A stretch of DNA of 64,000 bases from an uncultured Acidobacteriota bacterium (lineage in GTDB: Bacteria > Acidobacteriota > Blastocatellia > RBC074): assembly GCA_963699175.1 (NCBI GenBank), contig OY969418.1, forward strand, positions 7,730,689 to 7,794,688. The letters are read 5' to 3'. The position numbers were made by a program, and so were the translations under genes. The notes below the pieces were generated by a model. That model worked only from the letters and a program-made list of their open reading frames with translations, was not told the origin of the DNA and made no database searches. The number at the start of each line of letters is the position of its first letter. Position 1 is the stretch's first letter. This document shows, piece after piece, positions 43,900 through 54,808 of this stretch.

Positions 43900-46719
43900 A
43901 TGGCCAAAACAGACCAAACCCCAGACAACAAGCTGACACGCACACCCATCCTGCGGATCGAAACGGGCCGGCATACCGCCGTCATCAGAAGGATCAGCGT
44001 GGATGCGGCGAATCGCTATCTGGTGACGGCTTCGGATGACAAGACGGCGCGGGTCTGGGAACTGGCGACGGGCCAGGGTGAGCCAATGAAGCTGTTGCGC
44101 GTGCTGCGTCCGCCGCTGGGCGCGGGCAACGAAGGCAAGCTTTTCGCAGTCGCGCTATCGCCCGATGGCCGCACCGTTGCGGTCGGGGGATGGACGAGCA
44201 AGGATGGATTGCAAACCAATCTCTACCTCTTCGACCGGGAGAGCGGGCGGCTGGTGCGGCGCATTGCGGGGCTACCCAATGTCATCAATCACCTCGTCTA
44301 CTCGCCGGACGGGGAGTGGCTGGCTGCCACGCTGGGCGAAGGCGGCGTGCGCGTCTACGCCACCGGCAGCTACGCCGAGACGGGCGCGGATCGGGATTAC
44401 GGCAATCAGAGCTACGGCGCGGACTTCGACGCGACGGGGCGGCTGGTGACGACGTGCTTTGACGGCAACCTGCGTCTTTACGATTTGAGCGATGGCGCCT
44501 TGCGGCTGGCGGCGAAGCGCAAGGCGGAAGGCGGTGAGCGACCATTCTCAGTCAGCTTCTCGCCCGATGGGGAACGGGTGGCAGTCGGGTTTGCTGATTC
44601 GACCCGCATAGCCGTGCTGTCGGGGCGCGACCTGACGCAACTCTACGCACCCGATACTAGCGGCGTGGACAATTGGACATTAGATAGCGTCGCGTGGACG
44701 GCGGACAGGCAGGCGCTCGCGGCGGGGGGCAGCTATGGCAAAGGCGGGCAGCGCCAAATCCGCCTCTGGTCGGAGGGCGAGCGCGGCAGTTACCGTGAGG
44801 TGGCGGCGGCAGATAACACGATTATGCACATCCTGCCGCTGCGAGATGGCGGGTTGGTCTACGGCGCGGGTGATCCGGCCTGGGGAGTGATTGATGCGCG
44901 CGGCCAGCGCTCGCACTTCTTCGGCCCGGAGATTGCCGATTACCGGGGAATGCTGGAAAGTTTTTTGCTCTCCGGCGATGGCGCGGGCGTGCAGTTTGGT
45001 TATGAGTCCGGCGGCAAAGCCCCTGCGCGATTTGCAGTGGCTGAGCGGCGGTTGGAGATGGGCGTCCCCGGTTCTGGCGCGCTCGCTGCTCCGCTCATCA
45101 CCGGCCTTGCGGTCAGTGATTGGAAGGACAACTACGCCCCTAAACTCAACGGCCAGCCGCTGAAGCTGGAGCAGTACGAAAGATCGCGCAGCCTCGCCAT
45201 CGCGCCCGACCAGGCGCGGTTTCTGCTGGGAGCAGATTACCGGTTGCGCCTCTTCGACCGCAGCGGCAAAGAGTTGTGGCAGACGGCGATTCCGGGCGTG
45301 GCGTGGAGCGTCAATATCTCCGGCAACGGCAAGCTGGCGGTGGCGGCCTTTGGCGATGGGACGATCCGCTGGTATCGGCTGACGGATGGCCAGGAATTGC
45401 TTGCCTTCTTCCCGCACAACGACCGCGAACGCTGGGTGCTGTGGACGCCGTCGGGCTATTACGATGCGTCGCCCGGCGCGGAAGATTTGATCGGCTGGCA
45501 CGTCAACAACGGCCCGGAGCGCGAGAGCGATTTCTTTCCCGCCAGCCAGTTCCGCGACCTTTATTACCGGCCCGACGTGGTCGCGCGCGCGATGCAGACG
45601 CTCGATGAAGCCGAGGCCGTGCGACTGGCCGACGCCAAAGCGGGGCGCAAGCGGCAAGACCCGGACGTGCTCAAACGGCTGCCGCCCGTGGTGCAATTGA
45701 TCGCGCCGCACGATGGGATGGAGGTGCGGGGGACGGAGTTGACGGTCTACTTCACGGTGCGCGCGCCATCGGGCGAGCCGTTGACGGGAGTGAAGGCGCT
45801 GGTGGACGGGCGTCCGGTCGAGATCGAAAAGGATTTGCAGTGGTCAGCCGACACGCCGCAACACTTGCAAGTGACGCTGCCGGAGCAGGATTGCGAGCTA
45901 CAATTGCTGGCCGAGAACCGCTTTGCCGCCAGCGTCCCCGAAGTGCGGCGGTTGAAATGGCGCGGGCGCACTACGTCAGTCAGCCGACCGAACCTGTACC
46001 TGCTGGCCGCCGGGGTCAGCCGCTACGCCAATTCGGATTACAACCTGAGCTTTGCGGCGAAGGATGCGCGCGATTTTGCAGCGGCGATGGAGCGGCAACA
46101 AGGCTTGCTCTACGGCAAAGTTGAGGCGCGCGCGTTGGAAGACGGAGATGCAACACGTGACGGGATTGTGGACGGGCTGGATTGGATTTGGAAAGCGGCA
46201 AAGAGCACGGATGTGGCGATGGTCTTCCTGGCCGGCCACGGCGTCAACGATGCGCGCGGGCGTTACTTTTTTTGCCCGCATAACATCTCGTTCGAGCGGC
46301 TGTTGAGCACCGGTGTCAGCTTCAGCGACATCAAGAGCGCCGTCGAAGCGATTGCGGGCAAAGCGGTCTTCTTCATAGACACTTGCCATTCCGGCAACGC
46401 GCTCGGCGGCCAGGCGCGGGCGGTGGACATCAACGGCTTCATCAACGAATTGACCAGCGCGGAGAATGGCGCGGTTGTCTTCGCCGCCTCGACCGGGCGG
46501 CAAGTCTCGCTCGAATTTGACGAGTGGGGAAACGGCGCGTTTACGAAAGCACTGGTCGAAGGTATTAATGGCGGCGCTGTGGTTCAGGGAAAAGACAAGA
46601 TCACGATTACCTCACTCGACTTGTATATCTCTGAGCGGGTCAAGGCACTGACTGACAACGCGATTACCGGGAAAAAGTGCTTATTGAAACAGCAAGTTAA
46701 AGAGCGAATAGGCGAGTAA
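43900..46719 (+). CDS. WD40-repeat beta-propeller(s) + caspase-like (peptidase C14) protein; the 3' end is altered by the IS982 insertion
   Basis: WD repeats include TASDDKTARVWEL. The caspase His/Cys dyad contexts are VFLAGHGV and FFIDTCHSGNA. From codon 920 (nt 46657) the frame reads into the IS, giving the IS-derived tail NAITGKKCLLKQQVKERIGE. Confidence 0.85.
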   Translation: MAKTDQTPDNKLTRTPILRIETGRHTAVIRRISVDAANRYLVTASDDKTARVWELATGQGEPMKLLRVLRPPLGAGNEGKLFAVALSPDGRTVAVGGWTSKDGLQTNLYLFDRESGRLVRRIAGLPNVINHLVYSPDGEWLAATLGEGGVRVYATGSYAETGADRDYGNQSYGADFDATGRLVTTCFDGNLRLYDLSDGALRLAAKRKAEGGERPFSVSFSPDGERVAVGFADSTRIAVLSGRDLTQLYAPDTSGVDNWTLDSVAWTADRQALAAGGSYGKGGQRQIRLWSEGERGSYREVAAADNTIMHILPLRDGGLVYGAGDPAWGVIDARGQRSHFFGPEIADYRGMLESFLLSGDGAGVQFGYESGGKAPARFAVAERRLEMGVPGSGALAAPLITGLAVSDWKDNYAPKLNGQPLKLEQYERSRSLAIAPDQARFLLGADYRLRLFDRSGKELWQTAIPGVAWSVNISGNGKLAVAAFGDGTIRWYRLTDGQELLAFFPHNDRERWVLWTPSGYYDASPGAEDLIGWHVNNGPERESDFFPASQFRDLYYRPDVVARAMQTLDEAEAVRLADAKAGRKRQDPDVLKRLPPVVQLIAPHDGMEVRGTELTVYFTVRAPSGEPLTGVKALVDGRPVEIEKDLQWSADTPQHLQVTLPEQDCELQLLAENRFAASVPEVRRLKWRGRTTSVSRPNLYLLAAGVSRYANSDYNLSFAAKDARDFAAAMERQQGLLYGKVEARALEDGDATRDGIVDGLDWIWKAAKSTDVAMVFLAGHGVNDARGRYFFCPHNISFERLLSTGVSFSDIKSAVEAIAGKAVFFIDTCHSGNALGGQARAVDINGFINELTSAENGAVVFAASTGRQVSLEFDEWGNGAFTKALVEGINGGAVVQGKDKITITSLDLYISERVKALTDNAITGKKCLLKQQVKERIGE

Positions 46720-47645
46720 ACACACCAGCAAGTGAATCGCGAAGGCGTAATCCGCCCGATGTGTACTGCGGATCAGGCCGAAACAGCACTTGAGAAATTC
46801 GAACGCCTCTTCAACCCGGTGCCGGGCTTGCAGACACGCTACTTGGAACGGCGTGGCGAGTTTTTTCATGTTCTTGCGGTTTGGGGTGAAGAGCTTGATT
46901 CCACGCCGCCCTAGTTCTTCTGCCCTTGCTTGCGAGATGTAACCGCGGTCGCCCACCACAATGCCGTGCTCGATCCACTCACACAAGGGGTCGAGCAACT
47001 GCCGATCATCCACGTTGGCGGCCGTCAAACGCACGGCACATAAACGCCCACGCTGATCACACTGCACGTGCAGTTTGAAACCATACCAGTAGCCACTCCC
47101 GTTGCGCGATTTGCGCGCGTGCTCTTTGAAGGTACGATGCTGTTTGGCACGGGCCACTTTGCAAACCGGCACGGGCGTGGAGTCTTGCAAGACCACGGGG
47201 TGGCCGTGCTGCGCAGCGCGATTGGCTTGCAATTGCTGACCCAACAGTGCGCCCGCTTCACGCACGACGCGGTTCGTCGCTTCGACAAACTTGCTGTAAC
47301 TGGGCAAGGCCGGAAACTCCGCCCAGTGGTGCCGCTGAAAGTAGTAATAGAGTTTGGCCTTGTCGGTCAGTCCGAGCCAAGCGCCGTAAATCATGATCGT
47401 CAGCACCTCGGCGGCACACAAGCGCGCTGGCCCGCCCCGACGGTCACGCGGCAACTGTTGGGCGGCGAGTTGCGGTTGCAAGGCCTGCAATTGATCGTCG
47501 AGATTAACCAGCAGCTTGAGCAGCATATCGGGTTCGTTTATGGTTTCCTGGATGAGCATAGTGTCCTCCTGAAGCAAAGTGTTTGGTCACACTTTTCTTA
47601 CTTCGGAAGGGCTATGCTCATCAAACTTTTTCCGGTAATCGCGTT
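46657..47645 (-). mobile_element. IS982-family insertion sequence (989 bp) with ~22-bp terminal inverted repeats and a probable 3-bp GAC target duplication
   Basis: The IRs are AACGCGATTACCGGGAAAAAGT (46657-46678) and ACTTTTTCCGGTAATCGCGTT (47625-47645). GAC is found at 46654-46656 and 47646-47648. A hairpin GATGAGCATAG (47551-47561) / CTATGCTCATC (47612-47622) covers the transposase start. Confidence 0.8.
46681..47559 (-). CDS. IS982-family DDE transposase
   Basis: LQDSTPVPVC, GFKLHV and VGDRGYIS are the blocks I recall for IS982 transposases. The ATG at 47559 has an AGGAGG SD. Confidence 0.75.
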   Translation of the reverse strand: MLIQETINEPDMLLKLLVNLDDQLQALQPQLAAQQLPRDRRGGPARLCAAEVLTIMIYGAWLGLTDKAKLYYYFQRHHWAEFPALPSYSKFVEATNRVVREAGALLGQQLQANRAAQHGHPVVLQDSTPVPVCKVARAKQHRTFKEHARKSRNGSGYWYGFKLHVQCDQRGRLCAVRLTAANVDDRQLLDPLCEWIEHGIVVGDRGYISQARAEELGRRGIKLFTPNRKNMKKLATPFQVACLQARHRVEEAFEFLKCCFGLIRSTHRADYAFAIHLLVCLLAYSLFNLLFQ

Positions 47646-47717
47646 GACAGGAAACAGACACCGACGACGACCAAACCGGCGACCGTGCCGGATTTCCCGA
47701 TTGCGGTGCGGCAGTAA
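47646..47717 (+). other. Orphaned original 3' end of the WD40-caspase gene (D-RKQTPTTTKPATVPDFPIAVRQ-stop)
   Basis: It is in frame with 43900.. once the IS and one GAC copy are removed. The stop TAA is at 47715-47717. Confidence 0.7.
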
Positions 47718-47731
47718 TGCGTAAGGCGGAA

Positions 47732-48151
47732 TTATAGCGGTGGCATCAACGTTGGGATGGTTTGATTGTGGTGACGGCGATAAATGTTGAAGTCGCTGTC
47801 AGCGGTGAGCACGAGGCTGTCGGAATGAAGCTCACTCATCCGCACCAAGCAAGCATCGGCGAGCGACATTGGCATGTTGGCGTAACGCGCCATTAGACTT
47901 TTGACTACAGCGAGTTCATCAGCCAGGTTGAAAGCAAGTTTTGCGCCACCTCCCTGAATGAATTCAAGCGCCGGATTGCTGTTGCCCATCAATCGGTAAA
48001 GTAGAAAACACGTTTCGGTCAGCACCGGCTCGCAAAGCAATAATGGCGGTAGAAATCGGTCAATTTGTTTGCGAGCCCATTGGTGGTTCTTGTCGCGGCG
48101 GTAGAAATATGCCACAAACGGCCCGGTGTCGAGCAAGATCGCAGCTTTCAT
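47732..48151 (-). CDS. vapC: PIN-domain toxin (VapC family)
   Basis: 139 aa. ILLDTGPFVAYF carries the first acidic residue. It overlaps the upstream RHH gene by 4 nt. Confidence 0.75.
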   Translation of the reverse strand: MKAAILLDTGPFVAYFYRRDKNHQWARKQIDRFLPPLLLCEPVLTETCFLLYRLMGNSNPALEFIQGGGAKLAFNLADELAVVKSLMARYANMPMSLADACLVRMSELHSDSLVLTADSDFNIYRRHHNQTIPTLMPPL

Positions 48152-48399
48152 TCGCCAAAGCCTTCAAAGTATTTTTTGTTGGTGGACAGATCAGTTGGGC
48201 CGTCAACATCTATGCAACCGGCCAAGTGGCCGACGAGATCACCAACGGTCAGAGGCTTGGCATTGCCGCCGTTTTGCCGCGCCAAGTATTCCTCCAACGC
48301 CTTCCGCGCAATTGCCGTCTTGCTTGAGCGGCGGCGTTTGGCGGCGGTGGTCAATTGCTCATCGAGGGCCTTGGGTAATTTCAACGTCAACGTAGTCAT
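48148..48399 (-). CDS. Ribbon-helix-helix (CopG-like) antitoxin
   Basis: LTLKLPKALDEQLTTAAKRRRSSKTAIARKALEEYL is a typical RHH fold sequence. 83 aa. Confidence 0.75.
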   Translation of the reverse strand: MTTLTLKLPKALDEQLTTAAKRRRSSKTAIARKALEEYLARQNGGNAKPLTVGDLVGHLAGCIDVDGPTDLSTNKKYFEGFGE

Positions 48400-48430
48400 A
48401 AAAGCTTCTCCTTACTGAGTTGATAATCGA

Positions 48431-49339
48431 ATGCTACTTACTCTTCCATCTTTTGCCAAGCTCAATTGGACGCTCGAAGTGTTGGGCAAACGGCCCGACG
48501 GCTACCACGAATTGCGCACGCTGCTGCAAACGATCAGCGTAGGCGATGAGTTGACGTTTGAATTGACCGAGCAAGGTATCGAATTGCAGAGCGCGCACCC
48601 TGCCTTGCCGCTGGACGAAACCAACCTGATTTATCGCGCGGCGAAGCTGCTCAGCGATTTCACTGATTGCCATTTGGGTGTGCGCGTAACTATCAAAAAG
48701 AATTTGCCGATGGCCGCCGGGCTGGGTGGCGGCAGCAGCAATGCGGCGATGACTTTACTCGCCTTACAAAGGCTGTGGGATGTGCGGCTCGACACGCGCG
48801 ATCTGTTCAAGCTTGGCGCGCAGCTTGGCGCAGATGTGCCGTTCTTTTTCATTGGCGGCACCTGCATCGGGGTGGGGCGTGGTGATGAGGTCTACCCAAC
48901 GACGGAGATTCAAGCCGAACATATTTTGCTCGTGAATGCAGGTGTAGCAGTGCCGACGCGCGAAGTCTATGGCAACCTACCGCCTGAGTTGACAAACCCC
49001 GGAGCCGCCACTAAGATGCCGATTTCTTTGAAGGCCGCCTACGACGCCATGTGCAAGGGGCGCGCCTCTTCTGGCGACTCGTTCCCGGAGCTTTATAACG
49101 AGCTTGAGACACCTGTGCTGGCGCGTTATCCGCTGTTGGCGGAGATTAAGCGGCGATTGTTTGCAGCAGGCGCGCGCGGGGTGTTGATGTCCGGCAGCGG
49201 CTCGACCATTTTCGGGCTCTTTGACAGTGAGGCAACGCGCTCCGTCGCGCAGCAGGATTTACAGGCGACCGGTTGGTGGTGCGCGCCAGCGCGCACGCTC
49301 GACCGTGCTGAGTATCGAGCAGCATTGCAATTGAGTTGA
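48431..49339 (+). CDS. ispE: 4-diphosphocytidyl-2-C-methyl-D-erythritol kinase
   Basis: [31 protein letters not shown] and the GHMP motif [14 protein letters not shown]. Confidence 0.9.
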   Translation: MLLTLPSFAKLNWTLEVLGKRPDGYHELRTLLQTISVGDELTFELTEQGIELQSAHPALPLDETNLIYRAAKLLSDFTDCHLGVRVTIKKNLPMAAGLGGGSSNAAMTLLALQRLWDVRLDTRDLFKLGAQLGADVPFFFIGGTCIGVGRGDEVYPTTEIQAEHILLVNAGVAVPTREVYGNLPPELTNPGAATKMPISLKAAYDAMCKGRASSGDSFPELYNELETPVLARYPLLAEIKRRLFAAGARGVLMSGSGSTIFGLFDSEATRSVAQQDLQATGWWCAPARTLDRAEYRAALQLS

Positions 49340-49399
49340 GGGTTGTAATATGCTCGCGAGCGTTCAAACGCTACACATTTCTTTGGTTTAGTGAGTTAC

Positions 49400-49477
<78 letters not shown>

Positions 49478-49560
49478 TCCTTTTCTTAAGTCGCTTCTTT
49501 CACGTCGGGCCAGCACCGGCAATCCACTAGCAAGGATCATTACTACCGGGAGAGAATTGC

Positions 49561-50508
49561 TTGAAGAACCTACAGGTATTCTCCGGCAACGCGCATCGCA
49601 CGCTGGCCGAAGAGATTTGCCAGTATCTGGAAATGCCGCTCGGGGGAACCAATACCACGCGTTTTCCTGATGGGGAGTTCAATTTCCAAATTCTGGAAAA
49701 CGTGCGCGGCAGCGATGTCTTCATCGTGCAGCCGACCTCGCCGCCGGTAGACGCCAACGTGATGGAGTTGCTGATTATGATTGATGCCTTCCGGCGTTCG
49801 TCGGCGGAGCGTATCACGGCGGTAATTCCGTACTATGGTTACGGGCGCGGCGACAAGAAGGACAAGCCGCGCATCCCGATTTCGGCCCGCTTGGTGGCCA
49901 ACCTGCTGACGACGGCGGGTGCGGATCGCATCCTGACGATTGATCTGCACGCGCCGCAGATTCAGGGCTTCTTTGATATTCCGGTGGATCATCTCTTCGC
50001 CGCGCCGCTGATGATGAAGTATTTCGCGGACAACCCGATTGAGGAATTGGTCGTGGTGGCGCCCGATCCCGGCGGAGCGGAGCGCGCGCGCGCTTACGCC
50101 AAGCGGCTCAATGCCGACTTTGCCATCGTGGACAAACGGCGCGACAAATCGCAGCCGGGCCACGCCGAGGCTGAAGTGATGAATGTTATCGGCAATGTCG
50201 AAGGGCGCAATGTCTTGATCGTTGACGATATGGTGGACACGGCGGGCACGCTGACCAAAGTCGCCGAGGCGTTGGCCAAGAAAGGCGCCAGGCGCATCGT
50301 GACCAGTTGCGTGCATGCGGTGTTGTCAGGCAACGCGATTGAGCGGATCGAAAAATCGCCGCTCGAAAAGGTGGTCATTACCAACACGCTGCCGACCAAA
50401 GAGGCTTGCCAGGAGCCGCAGTTTGAATGTCTGAGCATTGCGCCGCTGCTGGCCAAAGCGATTCGCTCGATTCACGAGGAAACGTCGGTCAGCGGTTTGT
50501 TCGTGTAG
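49561..50508 (+). CDS. prs: Ribose-phosphate pyrophosphokinase
   Basis: FSGNAHRTLAEEI, RFPDGEF, and the PRPP loop VLIVDDMVDTAGTL. It has a TTG start. Confidence 0.9.
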   Translation: MKNLQVFSGNAHRTLAEEICQYLEMPLGGTNTTRFPDGEFNFQILENVRGSDVFIVQPTSPPVDANVMELLIMIDAFRRSSAERITAVIPYYGYGRGDKKDKPRIPISARLVANLLTTAGADRILTIDLHAPQIQGFFDIPVDHLFAAPLMMKYFADNPIEELVVVAPDPGGAERARAYAKRLNADFAIVDKRRDKSQPGHAEAEVMNVIGNVEGRNVLIVDDMVDTAGTLTKVAEALAKKGARRIVTSCVHAVLSGNAIERIEKSPLEKVVITNTLPTKEACQEPQFECLSIAPLLAKAIRSIHEETSVSGLFV

Positions 50509-50555
50509 GTTTTCTATATCAAATCTCGCAGTTGAGATCATTCGGAGTTTAAGTT

Positions 50556-51200
50556 ATGAGTTTTGATGCCAGTGTTTCATTGAATGTGCAGACGCGCGCT
50601 GAGCATGGCAAGAATGCCGCGCGGCGCTTGCGTGCTGACGGCTTTGTGCCGGTCACGGTCTACGGCGGCGGCAACGAGCCGCTTAGCGGCGCCATCAACA
50701 AGCGCGAATTGGGTGCGCTGCTTCGTGCGCATGGCCGCAACAAAATCTTCAATCTGAATTACGACGGAGCAGCTTCGTCAGTCAAGATCGCCGATATGCA
50801 ACTCGATCCGATCAAAGGCACGCTGATACATCTTGACTTGATGCGCATCTCGTTGACCGAAAAGTCCGAGTTCGAGGTGACGATCAAGATCGTCGGCGAA
50901 CCGGAAGGTGTGAGGACCAACGGCGGTATCCTGGGCATTCCCACTCACGCGCTTAAGGTGCGCTGCCTGCCGGGCGATCTGCCTGATGTGATCGAGGTGG
51001 ACGTCAGCAAGCTGGACATCGGCGGCCACATCTACGTCAAGGATTTGCAACTCGGCGACAAGGTCGAAATCCGCACCAGCGGTGACGTGACCATCGCCAC
51101 GGTCGTTGCGCCGGCGGCTGAAGAAGTTACCGCGCCGACTGAAGAAGCCGCTGCCGAGCCTGAAGTGATCAAGAAGGGCAAGGCAGAAGAAGAGAAGTAG
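50556..51200 (+). CDS. rplY: 50S ribosomal protein L25 / general stress protein Ctc
   Basis: RAEHGKNAARRLRADGFVPVTVYGG is the L25 N-terminus, and the protein has an acidic C-terminal extension. Confidence 0.9.
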   Translation: MSFDASVSLNVQTRAEHGKNAARRLRADGFVPVTVYGGGNEPLSGAINKRELGALLRAHGRNKIFNLNYDGAASSVKIADMQLDPIKGTLIHLDLMRISLTEKSEFEVTIKIVGEPEGVRTNGGILGIPTHALKVRCLPGDLPDVIEVDVSKLDIGGHIYVKDLQLGDKVEIRTSGDVTIATVVAPAAEEVTAPTEEAAAEPEVIKKGKAEEEK

Positions 51201-51203
51201 CTC

Positions 51204-51284
51204 GAATGCGGATTTCAGGTTGCGGATTGCGGATTTCTTGAAATAAGGCGCATTCCGCATTCCGCATTCCGCATTCCGCATTCC
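51204..51284. repeat. Heptamer-hairpin (unit GAATGCG / GCATTCC)
   Basis: Five perfect tandem GCATTCC copies (51250-51284) face a degenerate complementary arm GAATGCG GATTTCA GGTTGCG GATTGCG GATTTC. The repeat ends 1 nt before the pth ATG. Confidence 0.9.
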
Positions 51285-51285
51285 T

Positions 51286-51846
51286 ATGTGGTTGATCGTG
51301 GGCTTGGGCAATCCCGGCGCTGAGTACGAATGGACGCGCCACAACGCCGGTTTCATGGTCATTGACGAATTGGCGCGGCGCACCGCACAAAGCGTGCGTG
51401 TGAAAGAATGCCAATCGCTCACCGCGCGGACGCGTATCGGCGGAGTCGAGGCGTTGCTCGTAAAGCCGCAAACTTTCATGAACCTGAGCGGCGTGGCGAT
51501 CGCGCAGTTGAAAAGCAAATACGAAATTGCCGACACAGCGCAGGTGCTCGCCGTCACGGACGATTTCGCGCTGCCCTTCGGCAAGTTGCGCGTCCGAGCC
51601 AGCGGCAGCGCGGGCGGGCACAACGGCTTGAAGTCGCTGATCGCCAAGCTCGACACGCAAAACTTCCCGCGTGTGCGGCTGGGCATCGCGCCTGATCATC
51701 CGCTGAGCAATTCCGCCGATTTCGTTTTGGCGGAATTCCCGCGCAAAGATCGCGCGGCGCTCGCCACGCTGGTCGAGCGTGCGGCAGACGCCGTCGAAGT
51801 TATTTTGACAAACGGCATCGCGGAAGCGATGAGCCGGTTTAATTGA
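51286..51846 (+). CDS. pth: Peptidyl-tRNA hydrolase
   Basis: LIVGLGNPGAEYEWTRHNAGF and GSAGGHNGLKS. Confidence 0.95.
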   Translation: MWLIVGLGNPGAEYEWTRHNAGFMVIDELARRTAQSVRVKECQSLTARTRIGGVEALLVKPQTFMNLSGVAIAQLKSKYEIADTAQVLAVTDDFALPFGKLRVRASGSAGGHNGLKSLIAKLDTQNFPRVRLGIAPDHPLSNSADFVLAEFPRKDRAALATLVERAADAVEVILTNGIAEAMSRFN

Positions 51847-51849
51847 AAA

Positions 51850-51895
51850 CCGAAGATCGAAGATTGTGGAAAACGCCCACGATCATCGAATCTCC
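51850..51895. repeat. Short heptamer-type hairpin (CGAAGAT x2)
   Basis: CCGAAGATCGAAGATTGTGG pairs imperfectly with CCACGATCATCGAATCTCC, about 13/18 by eye. Confidence 0.5.
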
Positions 51896-51946
51896 TTGCT
51901 TGCTGACTTACGCTCAGCAGGCTCGATTATCCATAAGGAGGAAACA

Positions 51947-52360
51947 TTGAGAACGTATGAAGTCAGCTTCATCGTCAATCCCAACACGACTGAAGATGAT
52001 CTAAAGAAACTCACCGGCCAGCTCGAACATATCATTACCGATCAGGGCGGCAAGATTACCAAGACCGACCACCAGGGCCGCAAAAAACTGGCCTACCGCA
52101 TCGGCAAGTTCGACGAAGGCAACTACACTTTCCTTTACCTCGAAGGTAGCGGGCGCGAGATCGCCGAAGTCGAACGCCGCCTGCGCGTCAACGACGCAGT
52201 CATTCGTTACATGACCGTGCGCACCGATGAGGATTTGAAGCGCGCCGAAAAGATGAAGGCCAAGCGTAAAGGCGCTGCCGCGGCGCCACGCCGCACCGAT
52301 GACGATCTATCCGACCTCGGTCTGAGCGAGGAAGAGCGTGAAGCATTGGAGGAGATCTAA
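51947..52360 (+). CDS. rpsF: 30S ribosomal protein S6
   Basis: The TTG at 51947 lies 7 nt after AAGGAGG. (M)RTYEVSFIVNPN is the canonical S6 N-terminus. The listed longer ORF start is rejected. Confidence 0.9.
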   Translation: MRTYEVSFIVNPNTTEDDLKKLTGQLEHIITDQGGKITKTDHQGRKKLAYRIGKFDEGNYTFLYLEGSGREIAEVERRLRVNDAVIRYMTVRTDEDLKRAEKMKAKRKGAAAAPRRTDDDLSDLGLSEEEREALEEI

Positions 52361-52401
52361 AACCGCTGTTTTACACAGCCGGACATACGAGGTGAATAAC
52401 T

Positions 52402-52671
52402 ATGGCATTCAGAAACGACCAAGATGACGACAAGGGCGGCAGAGGTCCCAAGGGCCGCCCCATGCGCCGCCGCCGCGTTTCCAAACTCACGGCTGAGCGC
52501 ATTGATTACATTGATTACAAAGATGTGAAGCTGCTGCAATCGTTCATCGCCGAGAACGGCAAGATTCTGCCGCGCCGGCTTTCAGGCCTCTCGGCCTACC
52601 AGCAGCGCAAAATCACCGAAGCAGTCAAGCGCGCGCGCAACATCGCGCTGCTGCCTTACACAAAATATTAG
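52402..52671 (+). CDS. rpsR: 30S ribosomal protein S18
   Basis: [53 protein letters not shown]. Confidence 0.95.
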   Translation: MAFRNDQDDDKGGRGPKGRPMRRRRVSKLTAERIDYIDYKDVKLLQSFIAENGKILPRRLSGLSAYQQRKITEAVKRARNIALLPYTKY

Positions 52672-52745
<74 letters not shown>

Positions 52746-52763
52746 TGGTGGAGGATTTGAATC

Positions 52764-53231
52764 ATGGCAATGATGGAAGTTTTACTACGCGATGACGTAG
52801 ACAACTTGGGCGCGCGTGGCGAAGTCGTCAAAGTGCGCGCCGGGTACGGACGCAATTACTTGCTGCCGCAAGGACTGGCGGTGCAGGCGACACCCGCCAA
52901 CGTCAAACGAATCGAAATGCAGCGTAAGGTGTTGCTCAAGAAAGCCACCGAAGAGAAAGCGGTGGCCGAACAGCAGGCTGAGCTGCTCAGGGACGTCACG
53001 CTCGAATTCGCCCGCAAGGTCGGCGAGCACGGCCTGCTTTACGGCTCGGTCACTTCGATGGATGTCGCCGAGGCTTTTGCGGCTAAAGGCTACGAGATCG
53101 AGCGCCGAAAGATCACACTGAAAGACCCGATCAAAGAGATCGGCGAATACGAAGTGCCCGTCAAGCTCCACCGCGAAGTCACGACCAATGTCAAAGTCGT
53201 CGTGAAGAGCGAAGCGGAAGCGGCGGCCTAG
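52764..53231 (+). CDS. rplI: 50S ribosomal protein L9
   Basis: MEVLLRDDVDNLGARGEVVKVRAGYGRNYLLPQGLA. A GGAGG SD lies upstream. Confidence 0.95.
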   Translation: MAMMEVLLRDDVDNLGARGEVVKVRAGYGRNYLLPQGLAVQATPANVKRIEMQRKVLLKKATEEKAVAEQQAELLRDVTLEFARKVGEHGLLYGSVTSMDVAEAFAAKGYEIERRKITLKDPIKEIGEYEVPVKLHREVTTNVKVVVKSEAEAAA

Positions 53232-53417
53232 TCAATAATCAATGGCCTGTAGTCAGCCGTTGAGCGCGCAGGCCGCTGCTAGCAGATTGGCAATCATTGG
53301 CCATCTGTCGGCAGTTCAATCAACTTTCCCAAAGCGCACGTGGTCATTGCCTCCGTGCGCTTTGGCTTTTATGATGACGGCGCATTTCAGAAGTCGAACC
53401 ACTGAGCATTATTTTCG

Positions 53418-54782
<1,365 letters not shown>

Positions 54783-54808
54783 TTACGCGCGCCGCGCTCG
54801 ATTTGTGC

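Noticed and set aside
51250-51284. Tandem repeats (also 52711-52745) considered as a CRISPR array
   Set aside because: The units are 7 nt with no spacers. This is incompatible with CRISPR repeat-spacer organisation.
51866-51946. Listed 27-codon N-terminal extension of the S6 ORF
   Set aside because: It runs through the CGAAGAT hairpin. The canonical S6 N-terminus starts at the TTG at 51947, directly after AAGGAGG.
52361-52401. Absence of ssb/priB between rpsF and rpsR
   Set aside because: This is a common arrangement in many phyla and is not informative by itself.
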